Shown one piece after another: positions 6,600 through 13,102 of a stretch of 13,102 bases of DNA; positions within the stretch are counted from its first letter, which is position 1, and the number at the start of each line of letters is the position of its first letter. The position numbers and the translations under genes were made by a program. Origin of the DNA: Promethearchaeota archaeon (lineage in GTDB: Archaea; Asgardarchaeota; Lokiarchaeia; Sigyniarchaeales; Promethearchaeaceae); the NCBI GenBank assembly GCA_014729055.1, contig WJKO01000536.1, positions 1-13,102 on the forward strand. Reading direction: 5' to 3'. Under the pieces are notes generated by a model. The model was not told where the DNA came from and did no database searches. It saw only the letters and a list, made by a program, of their open reading frames with translations.

Positions 6600-6665
6600 A
6601 TATATCCGATAGGCGATGATTGAATAACAGTAAGATTTTTTAATTAAGTGAATCAATTTGAAGAT

Positions 6666-7250
6666 ATGAAAGTAGTAGCTATAAATGGCAGTACCCGCTC
6701 GGATGGTAATACACACGCCGCTCTTGAAATTGTCGGGCTTGGACTGGTAGCACGTGGAAAGGAACATGGGGAGGATATTGAGTATACTATTATTGATTTA
6801 GCTAAGAAGAAACTAAACCCATGTCGAGCGTGTTATGGATGCCGGGATAAAAATGAATGTATTCAAAATGATGATGTGAACGAAATATTCAAGGAACTAC
6901 ATAGTGCAGACGGAATCATTCTTGGATCACCGACATACTTTTCAAATGTGTCGTCCCGGATGCAGATGTTCATTGAACGGATAGGAATCATAAACAAGAC
7001 AAATGGCGAATTACTTGCAGGAAAAGTTGGCGCGTCTGTCGCTGTTGCACGAAGACAGGGTGCGAATGTTGTATATGCTGCATTAAATTATTTCTTTGGA
7101 ATTGCACAAATGCCGATAGCATCCAGCACTTATTGGAATATAGGTCTCGGAAAAGAAAAAGGTGAAGTCAAAAATGACGAAGAAGGGGTAAAAACCTTCG
7201 AGAATTTAGGTCATAATATGGCTGATATGCTGTGTAAACTCCGCGGGTAA
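6666..7250 (+). CDS. Iron-sulfur flavoprotein (Isf-type) / NADPH-dependent FMN reductase family, flavodoxin-like fold
   Basis: The supplied ORF begins on a GTG at 6648. The first ATG, at 6666, gives MKVVAINGSTRSDGNT (flavodoxin-like FMN-reductase N-terminus) and is preceded by ttttttaattaa about 20-30 bp upstream. The compact Cys cluster CRACYGCRDKNEC (CX2CX2CX5C) is the 4Fe-4S signature of Isf proteins. GIILGSPTYFSNVS is the FMN-binding loop. Confidence 0.8.
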   Translation: MKVVAINGSTRSDGNTHAALEIVGLGLVARGKEHGEDIEYTIIDLAKKKLNPCRACYGCRDKNECIQNDDVNEIFKELHSADGIILGSPTYFSNVSSRMQMFIERIGIINKTNGELLAGKVGASVAVARRQGANVVYAALNYFFGIAQMPIASSTYWNIGLGKEKGEVKNDEEGVKTFENLGHNMADMLCKLRG

Positions 7251-7286
7251 ATTTATTTAAGTTTTAATTCTCTCTCTACTTTTTTT
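7251..7286 (+). terminator. T7A5 tract (ctttttttaaaaa) following the Isf gene, a candidate oligo-T terminator
   Basis: A seven-T run sits at 7280-7286 immediately downstream of the Isf stop. The stop codon of the convergent gene (7285-7287) lies within it. Confidence 0.3.
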
Positions 7287-8547
7287 AAAAATTAATCGGA
7301 TATTGTCCCCACTTATAAATAGAATCCCTTAGTGCAATTGCATTTTTAAGAGGGACGTTAAGATAATCGTGTGCAGGACCGGCAATATATCCTCCGCCTT
7401 TCGCCATCTTTTTAATTTGGCTTTTCACATGTTGTTCTACTTCTTTTGGTCCTACACCTGGTTCTGTCATATAGCTCTGATTTAGCCCACCAACTAATAA
7501 AAAATTGTCGCCCCATTTCTTTTTCACTGCTGCATGGTCAATTAGAGAATCTGGTTCCATACTTTGCCACCCATCAAGCCCTGCCTCGATTAAATCGGGT
7601 AGAAGATCCACGATATTCCCACAGCTATGTATGTAAAAAATAGCACCCATTTCGTGAATCCGGTCACAAAGTTCCCGATATGGTTCTTTAAAATATTTCC
7701 GGAAAGTTCTTGGAGAAATGAGACTTCGCCCCTTTTGTCCCATATCGTCACCGCCGAATATTGCATCTGGTTTTACTTTTTCAATCTCATCTAAGATTTT
7801 TAGCTGAGCTTCTTTTCGAGTTTTTACCAGTCTATGAATGAGTTCTGGTTTCTTTCTACAGTAATAGCCAAAACGACTCATACCCATCATGGGCCATAAG
7901 GATTCAAAAAGTTGACACCCGCCAATTTGCGGTATGAGACAAATCTTATCCCCAAAGTCCCTCTGGCATTGCTTAAAGAGATTTACATCAAAACCGCTGA
8001 TCTCTTTTTCATGATGCCAGCCATACGTATCGAACCAATCTATAATATCCTCTTCCTTTTTCAGATATCCGTCGATATACCACGAATATTCACGTCCGTT
8101 CGGTAAAATTGTAGATCCAGTAATATTTCCGTTATAATTTACGTATTTATATTCTAAACCTTGTCCTTTATCTGGATCCTCTTCTTGTTCTTCTCTTAGT
8201 TTCTCTAACAATTCTTTTTTTAATGTTGGATTATAATTTCCTATAATTTTATTGTTCTCATCTAAATGTTTATTGGTAAAGTCACTTCTAATTCCTATAG
8301 ATCTAGTCTCAACTTCTGTTCCTAAATTATAACGTACGGTAAAGTCCCCCATAGGTGTTAAGATAATATTTTCATCATTCTCGGTCCATTGATCGAGAAT
8401 TGCTTCATCATTAGCCATTAATTCGATATAAACTTGAGAATAAGGAGGAATACCCATCAAATATACTGGTATCCGATCGGGTTCCTCATGGTTGATGACC
8501 TTTTTTACACGTTCATTCGCGGTCATCGTATCTGAATCTAATATCAT
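7285..8547 (-). CDS. URO-D / MtaA-MtbA family methyltransferase-like protein, paralog 2 (retains HxCG zinc motif)
   Basis: The N-terminus ERVKKVINHEEPDRIPVY is the family hallmark. YIHSCGNIVDLLPDLIEAGLDG matches the H-x-C-G zinc-ligand motif of methylcobamide:CoM methyltransferases. C-terminal VGGLNQSYMTEPGVGPKEVEQHVKSQIKKMAKGGGYIAGPAHD matches the family C-terminus. A 60-80 aa insertion (ETRSIGIRSDF...GSTILPNGREYSWYIDGY) is shared with paralog 1 (GSTVHANGRRYKK). Confidence 0.8.
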   Translation of the reverse strand: MILDSDTMTANERVKKVINHEEPDRIPVYLMGIPPYSQVYIELMANDEAILDQWTENDENIILTPMGDFTVRYNLGTEVETRSIGIRSDFTNKHLDENNKIIGNYNPTLKKELLEKLREEQEEDPDKGQGLEYKYVNYNGNITGSTILPNGREYSWYIDGYLKKEEDIIDWFDTYGWHHEKEISGFDVNLFKQCQRDFGDKICLIPQIGGCQLFESLWPMMGMSRFGYYCRKKPELIHRLVKTRKEAQLKILDEIEKVKPDAIFGGDDMGQKGRSLISPRTFRKYFKEPYRELCDRIHEMGAIFYIHSCGNIVDLLPDLIEAGLDGWQSMEPDSLIDHAAVKKKWGDNFLLVGGLNQSYMTEPGVGPKEVEQHVKSQIKKMAKGGGYIAGPAHDYLNVPLKNAIALRDSIYKWGQYPINF

Positions 8548-8625
8548 TTTTCATTTCCTCTTAATAATCTTCTTGTTTTTTATTATATTTGGCATCTTAT
8601 ATCTTTATTTAAATACTCTATTGTT

Positions 8626-8982
8626 CTATTTCGGTTTATCAAATCCGTGTTTTCGCTTTTGAGTGTTGATATATTCTCTTAATTTTGCAAGTTGTAATAG
8701 ATCTTGGAATTTTTCGTCTTGATGTGGATTGGTTTCCAGTTCTTTTTCGATCTTTTCCAGCATTAATTTGTAAAGTTCTTTCTTATCTACAATTTCGGAA
8801 TCATCAGTTGCCTTTTCTAATAACCTCTTTTTTCCAGACAAATAATTTATCAATCGCGCAAATCTTGCTTGCATACCGGGAGGACTTTCATCGATAATTC
8901 GCTGTAATTCACTTATATATGTTTCATAATCATCTAAATCATAACTGCGTCCGTCGTTTGGTTCATCATTTTCGTCAGCCAT
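8626..8982 (-). CDS. Hypothetical small acidic protein (118 aa), predicted helical
   Basis: It has a clean ATG start and an acidic N-terminus (MADENDEPNDGRSYDLDDYETY), and no recognisable domain. It lies co-directionally between the FG-GAP propeller gene and URO-D paralog 2 with 73-78 bp gaps. The antisense ORF 8685..8897 is an artefact. Confidence 0.5.
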   Translation of the reverse strand: MADENDEPNDGRSYDLDDYETYISELQRIIDESPPGMQARFARLINYLSGKKRLLEKATDDSEIVDKKELYKLMLEKIEKELETNPHQDEKFQDLLQLAKLREYINTQKRKHGFDKPK

Positions 8983-9055
8983 TTTTTAGTGCACGCTCCT
9001 TTTTCTTTTAAGGTCTATATATTATCCATTTTGAATTAAAAAATATCTTTTTATT

Positions 9056-10324
9056 TTAGTAAAATGTGAAGTTCTCTGTATCAAATCGTCTCTGCCCGCC
9101 TGTTATATCAGAGGGATTAAGATATATATTAACTGCATCTCCAGTATGGAAAATAATATCACCATTACCTTTTCCCGTCAAATCACATATGGAAACAAAT
9201 AAAATTTGATGTTCTGTCTCATTTATAACGAATTTTTGCCGCTGATTCTTAAATTGAAATCTTGCTATTCGTTCCCCTTCACCATTTACTAATGCCAGTT
9301 CATTGGCTATAACTACTTCATCTAAACCGTTACCCGTCCAGTCAAGAGTACGGTGATGTCGCCCATAATCCAACTTAATTGTTCCAATACGACTTCCGTT
9401 AAGGTCATAAAAGAAGCCCAAACTTTTTCCAAATCCCAGATGGTCAATATCGACATAAAATTGGGGTGCAGGATAAGCCTCGTTAAAATATCCGACATCT
9501 ATTGACTCAAAATGAAAATCCTCATCATCCCAGAGGACTTTTCCTAATCCATTAATTAGAGCAATATATTTTGCTCCGCAATAACTAAGAATAAACCTAA
9601 AATCTTCGGGCTTTTCACCAGTTGAAACGATCCTAACACAATCCAAATGTCCCCGACGTTTACATTTCCTTGACTTTATCTTCCACAACTTTTTTCCGTT
9701 ATGATTTAACATAACGCGACCTGCAAATATTTCATCTCTTCCGTCGTTATCGATATCAACTGGTGTAGGATAATGGCAAGTTTTACGTCCCCATCTCGGT
9801 GTCCAAGACCACAATAACTCCCAATCGGATGTATATGCCCATAGCTTGCGATATCGAGATTTAATAATGATATCTGATGGATATGAATTTCCTGATAGAT
9901 TCGCAAAACAAATACAATCAGAACATTCTAATTCATCAGGAAGTTTATAACGTTTCTGTTCCGTTCCATCTTCCCCGTTTAATATAGCCAAATAATGTCT
10001 TTCCGAGAATATTACTTCACATTTCCCGTTGTTATTCAGATCATATAACTGGAGGGGGATGTCATATCCTAACTTATGAGTGCCTGTGTTTGGCGTTCCA
10101 TAATGCCATAGCATTTCTCCTTTCTGATTATAAGCGATGATTGTCTTAATGATTTGGTTATCATTTCGAGCAGAAACGAATTCCAATTGACCGTCACCTG
10201 TTAAGTCACCGGTAACTAACCAATTTCCGCTATAATTTGGATCCATAAAGAAATAGGAAGATGGTTGAATCGTTGGAACATTCTTATCCCGAATATCTTG
10301 TTCAAACATTTGTATGTATTTCAT
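9056..10324 (-). CDS. FG-GAP repeat (integrin-alpha-like) beta-propeller protein, apparently cytoplasmic
   Basis: FG-GAP-type Ca-binding loops of form DxDxDGxxE recur about 5 times: DLTGDGQLEF, DLNNNGKCEV, DIDNDGRDEI, DWTGNGLDEV, DLTGKGNGDI. No N-terminal signal peptide or TM helix is present (MKYIQMFEQDIRDKNVPT). There is a Cys cluster ELECSDCICF ... CKRRGHLDC. Confidence 0.7.
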   Translation of the reverse strand: MKYIQMFEQDIRDKNVPTIQPSSYFFMDPNYSGNWLVTGDLTGDGQLEFVSARNDNQIIKTIIAYNQKGEMLWHYGTPNTGTHKLGYDIPLQLYDLNNNGKCEVIFSERHYLAILNGEDGTEQKRYKLPDELECSDCICFANLSGNSYPSDIIIKSRYRKLWAYTSDWELLWSWTPRWGRKTCHYPTPVDIDNDGRDEIFAGRVMLNHNGKKLWKIKSRKCKRRGHLDCVRIVSTGEKPEDFRFILSYCGAKYIALINGLGKVLWDDEDFHFESIDVGYFNEAYPAPQFYVDIDHLGFGKSLGFFYDLNGSRIGTIKLDYGRHHRTLDWTGNGLDEVVIANELALVNGEGERIARFQFKNQRQKFVINETEHQILFVSICDLTGKGNGDIIFHTGDAVNIYLNPSDITGGQRRFDTENFTFY

Positions 10325-10354
10325 TTATTTATAAAAATTTAAATTCTGGTATAT

Positions 10355-11215
10355 TTATTTTCTTCTTCCAGATAACAATAAATAACCAACGTATTTTTTG
10401 GTTGTTCGATTACTAATCAACCTCCGTTTAGCCTTACTTATCATTCCGAACTTTTTTCTAATTTTTTTACTCTTTAGCATCAACTTTATCATTTTCCCAA
10501 GCATCTTGAATATTCCTTTCCAACCGCCCATGTCGTGAATCATCTCTCTGGATGATATTGCACTGCCAATTTCGAGCTGCTCTTCTGATTGTAAATCGAT
10601 AAAGCCATTATCAGTAAAATATTGTTTCCATTTCTCCAAACTATATAAGGTAAAGGGCAAATTCGTCAATTCTCTGAAAATTTGCTCGGCTTCATTCACT
10701 GTTTTTTCAGCATCTGGAGGAATATCGTCCAATTTAAACATTTCATTGATTCCAAGCCTTCCGTTGGGCTTTAAGACACGATGGAATTCAGGAAACGCAC
10801 GACTGCAATCCAAGAATTGAGAAACAAATTCACTTATGACAATGTCGAAACTTTTATCCGGAAAATCTAAATCATAGGCATCTCCCGCCTTAAATTCTGC
10901 TTTGTTCTCTAGCCCTTCCTGATGCACGCGTTTATTTGCTTCTTCAATCATTTTTTCCGCTATATCAATGCCCGCGACATTGACGTCAAATTTTCTGACG
11001 TAATTAAGTGCACTTTCTCCTGTTCCACATCCAATAAATAAAACTCGCATGTTTGGTTTAATATCACATAGTTGGGCGAGACGTTCGGAAGATTCTAGCC
11101 CCCCTACCATGAAAAAAGGAACTTCCATATAACCCATAAAATCGTAATAATCCATCTGCTCGATATCTTCAACAGAAGGTTCGGCAGAGATAGGATTCTC
11201 GTTTTTTTTCTGCAT
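10355..11215 (-). CDS. Class I SAM-dependent methyltransferase (Methyltransf_11/UbiE-like small-molecule MTase) with C-terminal polybasic extension
   Basis: Motif I is VLFIGCGTGESALNYV, the post-I acidic residue is GIDIAEKM, motif II/III is FDIVISEFV, and RVLKPNGRL is also present. The roughly 50-aa C-terminus is Lys/Arg-rich (KMLGKMIKLMLKSKKIRKKFGMISKAKRRLISNRTTKKY). Only 30 bp separate it from the FG-GAP gene downstream on the same strand. Confidence 0.8.
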   Translation of the reverse strand: MQKKNENPISAEPSVEDIEQMDYYDFMGYMEVPFFMVGGLESSERLAQLCDIKPNMRVLFIGCGTGESALNYVRKFDVNVAGIDIAEKMIEEANKRVHQEGLENKAEFKAGDAYDLDFPDKSFDIVISEFVSQFLDCSRAFPEFHRVLKPNGRLGINEMFKLDDIPPDAEKTVNEAEQIFRELTNLPFTLYSLEKWKQYFTDNGFIDLQSEEQLEIGSAISSREMIHDMGGWKGIFKMLGKMIKLMLKSKKIRKKFGMISKAKRRLISNRTTKKYVGYLLLSGRRK

Positions 11216-11383
11216 ATGTATTCCCTATTTTTGTTTGTTTTTTTAATCTTCACAAGTTTTGAAATTTATTAACTAATAATATTCATAAAATTTGAAACTT
11301 AAAAAGCTTTGTTAAATTCCGATAAACATAAAAAACATAAAAAATATTTAATAGCTAAACTTATTTATATAATAATAGCGAAA

Positions 11384-12502
11384 ATGGCAAAAAAATCACG
11401 TCAAATTTTACTCGACGATTCCTTACAACCTTATGTCGATAAAATTGTTGTTTTATTCAATCAAATGAGTACATTACGCGGAGAAAGTCCTAATCTCTCC
11501 ACAATTCTTGCTTATCTCTATATTTTTAAACAGATTACGCAATCGCAGTTGAAAAAGTTTACAGGAATTTCTCGGGGTACGATCTCAGCAACACTTAACA
11601 TGCTGATGCAATTCAATGTATTGGAAAGAAAAATCATTCCTGGAACACATACGAATTTATACCTTCTCAAACTGGATATGAATCAGATAAGTTCGCAGGG
11701 TTTACAAAGACGTGCTAATTCCACCCAAGATTTGATGCAGTTTTTTTTATCGATAAAGAACAGAATCCAAAGTATTGCAGAAAAAAAATATGGCATAACG
11801 AGTATGGAAAATCTTCAGGAATTCATAAACGAAGAGCAAGATTTGAAGAAAATTTCGCTATTATGGAATAGATCAAAGCAAATAAATGCATACTTCCAGA
11901 CTTATATAGATCTAATTAAAAAAACTGCAAAGTCTGAGTTTGATCATAATGTGATCCCCGAACAAACTTCTAAAAAATTCAACATGCAGAGTATTTCTAC
12001 CCTCGATGGCCTTGAAGATAAAATAATTGACCATCTCTCTAATAGTTCCCTTTTTAAGTTATGGAGAGGAGCAAGTGGGACGAAATCGGGTTCTTTGAAA
12101 TTCTCCCATACTATTTCTCTTATAATTGCTCATCTCATCTTGAATGAAACTTTAACCCAGAAAAGATTGCAAAATCTCACGGGATTCTCTGCAGGTACCA
12201 TCTCCCAAGATCTTTCTTATTTGGAAGAAAAAATACGGATTGTGGAATCGTGGGTCGATCCAAAAGATCCTAGGGCCCGTCGAAGACTCTATAAGATACA
12301 TCCTATGGGAGAAGTATTGAAAAGTGCAATCCAGTCCTCTGCAGGTGTACTTATAAATATATTTCAAGAGTTTACAAACATCAAGAGCGATTTGGAGTCC
12401 AAAAAGCATACTTTCGAGAAAATTAATGGATATACCAAAATAATGGAATTTCTGGATGAATTTACAACGCTATTTCAAAAAGGGCTGCAAGATTATAAAT
12501 AA
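11384..12502 (+). CDS. Putative DNA-binding protein with two winged-helix HTH domains (transcription regulator or replication-initiator-like)
   Basis: The supplied ORF starts on a TTG (11309). The first ATG, at 11384, gives MAKKSRQILL. There are two HTH-like segments with the same signature: ITQSQLKKFTGISRGTISATLNMLMQFNVLERK and LTQKRLQNLTGFSAGTISQDLSYLEEKIRIV, each followed by a basic wing (PGTHTNLY / DPKDPRARRRLYKIHP). A/T-rich TATA-like elements (atatttaat, tttatata) lie upstream. Confidence 0.65.
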   Translation: MAKKSRQILLDDSLQPYVDKIVVLFNQMSTLRGESPNLSTILAYLYIFKQITQSQLKKFTGISRGTISATLNMLMQFNVLERKIIPGTHTNLYLLKLDMNQISSQGLQRRANSTQDLMQFFLSIKNRIQSIAEKKYGITSMENLQEFINEEQDLKKISLLWNRSKQINAYFQTYIDLIKKTAKSEFDHNVIPEQTSKKFNMQSISTLDGLEDKIIDHLSNSSLFKLWRGASGTKSGSLKFSHTISLIIAHLILNETLTQKRLQNLTGFSAGTISQDLSYLEEKIRIVESWVDPKDPRARRRLYKIHPMGEVLKSAIQSSAGVLINIFQEFTNIKSDLESKKHTFEKINGYTKIMEFLDEFTTLFQKGLQDYK

Positions 12503-12503
12503 A

Positions 12504-12550
12504 GACGTATATTTCGTACGTATTTTTCGTACGTATATATTCGTACTCGT
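12504..12550. repeat. Tandem repeats of about 13 bp with palindromic CGTACG core (TTCGTACGTAT x2 perfect at 12513-12523 and 12526-12536, plus flanking partial copies gacgtat / ttcgtactcgt)
   Basis: Read directly: gacgtatatttcgtacgtatttttcgtacgtatatattcgtactcgt. The array starts 2 bp after the stop of the two-HTH gene and lies about 40 bp upstream of the cupin gene. Confidence 0.55.
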
Positions 12551-12589
12551 TTTAATATGGCATTATAGCATAAAGATTCCTTGATTGTA

Positions 12590-12901
12590 ATGACAGAGAA
12601 TAATGTTATAGATATGGATGAGATTATTTATCAAAAAGACTCGATTGTAAGTAAAACAATCATAGAAAAAGAGAAGGGTACTGTGACTTTATTTGCATTT
12701 GATAAAGGACAGGGATTGAGTGAGCATACTGCTCCATTTGATGCTTTGGTTTATATACTTGAAGGAGAAGCTGAGATAATCTTATCGGGGAAACCAAAAA
12801 TCTTAAATGAAAATCAGATGATTATAATGCCTGCAAATGAACCACATGCATTAAAAGCAGTATCAAAATATAAAATGTTATTGATTATGATAAAATCTTA
12901 A
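12590..12901 (+). CDS. Cupin domain protein (cupin_2-like small beta-barrel)
   Basis: The supplied ORF begins on a TTG at 12581. The first ATG, at 12590, gives MTENNVID. The cupin motifs are GLSEHTAPFDALVYILEGEAEI (motif 1, G(X)5HXH-like) and NENQMIIMPANEPHALKA (motif 2, PxGxxH-like). Confidence 0.7.
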   Translation: MTENNVIDMDEIIYQKDSIVSKTIIEKEKGTVTLFAFDKGQGLSEHTAPFDALVYILEGEAEIILSGKPKILNENQMIIMPANEPHALKAVSKYKMLLIMIKS

Positions 12902-12909
12902 TTTGGTTA

Positions 12910-13102
12910 TCATCGAAATCCTTGTTCGATTATGCTTATTAAATTGAGAATCGCTAAATTAGTCGGTGTTTCTATTCCCCACCGTTTTCCTTGTTCTACG
13001 ATATAGCCGTTAAAAAATGCAACTTCTGTTCTTTTTTCCTTAATTATATCTTGATACGTTGAAGTTTTATGGTCTGGATCGTGTCCGGCAAATTTAAAGA
13101 AC
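12910..13102 (-). CDS. 2-dehydropantoate 2-reductase (ketopantoate reductase, ApbA/PanE family), C-terminal fragment; gene continues beyond window end
   Basis: Manual reverse-complement translation gives ...FFKFAGHDPDHKTSTYQDIIKEKRTEVAFFNGYIVEQGKRWGIETPTNLAILNLISIIEQGFR*. This matches the conserved ApbA_C segment (K-TSM-QD...R-TE-D--NG-vv--g---gv-TP-N--l--l-) ending in a TGA (rc of 12910-12912). It is absent from the ORF track because it has no in-window start. Confidence 0.65.
   Translation of the reverse strand, partial: FFKFAGHDPDHKTSTYQDIIKEKRTEVAFFNGYIVEQGKRWGIETPTNLAILNLISIIEQGFR

Noticed and set aside
6648-6665. GTG-initiated extension MNQFED of the Isf gene (supplied ORF 6648..7250)
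   Set aside because: The ATG at 6666 gives the conserved MKVVAINGS flavodoxin-fold start and sits at the right distance from an A/T-rich TATA-like element (ttttttaattaa), so the first in-frame ATG is preferred.
11309-11383. TTG-initiated extension MLNSDKHKKHKKYLIAKLIYIIIAK of the two-winged-helix protein (supplied ORF 11309..12502)
   Set aside because: It uses a TTG start and translates A/T-rich promoter-like DNA (contains tttatata). The first ATG at 11384 is preferred.
12047-12073. Possible Walker A (P-loop) in the two-winged-helix protein: RGASGTKSG
   Set aside because: The spacing is GxxGxKS rather than GxxxxGK[ST], and there is no Walker B or AAA+ context. It is not an ATPase (Orc1/Cdc6-like) signature.
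12504-12550. Tandem repeats considered as a CRISPR array
   Set aside because: The units are about 13 bp with no spacers, only 3-4 copies, and no cas genes. It is not a CRISPR array. It is retained as an iteron/operator-like repeat instead.
1-13102. Mobile element, integrase, transposase, tRNA or rRNA genes; genomic island boundary
   Set aside because: No ORF shows integrase or transposase motifs. No clover-leaf-capable 70-90 nt non-coding segment exists (intergenic gaps are mostly under 110 bp, and the 206-bp gap is repeat-rich A/T DNA). There are no long inverted or direct terminal repeats.

Overview
The window is visibly AT-rich (about 30% G+C by eye) and almost fully coding. It holds 12 complete CDSs and 2 partial CDSs at the edges, with no rRNA, tRNA, CRISPR array or transposase detected. 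The longest intergenic gap is about 200 bp. Gene organisation looks archaeal: there are no Shine-Dalgarno sequences, several starts have A/T-rich TATA-like elements about 25-30 bp upstream (weak evidence in DNA this AT-rich), and gene ends carry oligo-T tracts. Codon usage gives Lys/Ile/Asn-rich proteins.

Genes in order:
- an edge-truncated unknown ORF (-)
- a URO-D/MtaA-family methyltransferase-like paralog (-)
- an apparently orphan M.TaqI-like gamma-class N6-adenine DNA methyltransferase (+)
- a flotillin-like SPFH protein (+), overlapping the next gene by 11 nt
- a membrane-anchored NfeD-like beta-barrel fused to a C-terminal region that aligns, by hand, with the tandem winged-helix core of ESCRT-II Vps22/EAP30 (+)
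- an extended-SDR NAD-dependent epimerase/dehydratase (-)
- an iron-sulfur flavoprotein (Isf-type, CX2CX2CX5C) (+)
- a second URO-D/MtaA-like paralog that retains the HxCG zinc motif (-)
- a small acidic helical protein (-)
- an FG-GAP/integrin-alpha-like beta-propeller with no signal peptide (-)
- a class I SAM methyltransferase with a polybasic tail (-)
- a protein with two winged-helix HTH domains, followed by iteron-like CGTACG tandem repeats (+)
- a cupin (+)
- the C-terminal fragment of a ketopantoate-reductase (ApbA/PanE) family protein (-)

The most unusual element is the flotillin - NfeD-OB - EAP30-like module. If the EAP30 similarity holds, together with the archaeal gene organisation it points to an Asgard (Lokiarchaeia-like) archaeon. 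It would also be an undescribed pairing of a membrane-microdomain scaffold with an ESCRT-II-type winged-helix protein, located outside a canonical ESCRT locus.
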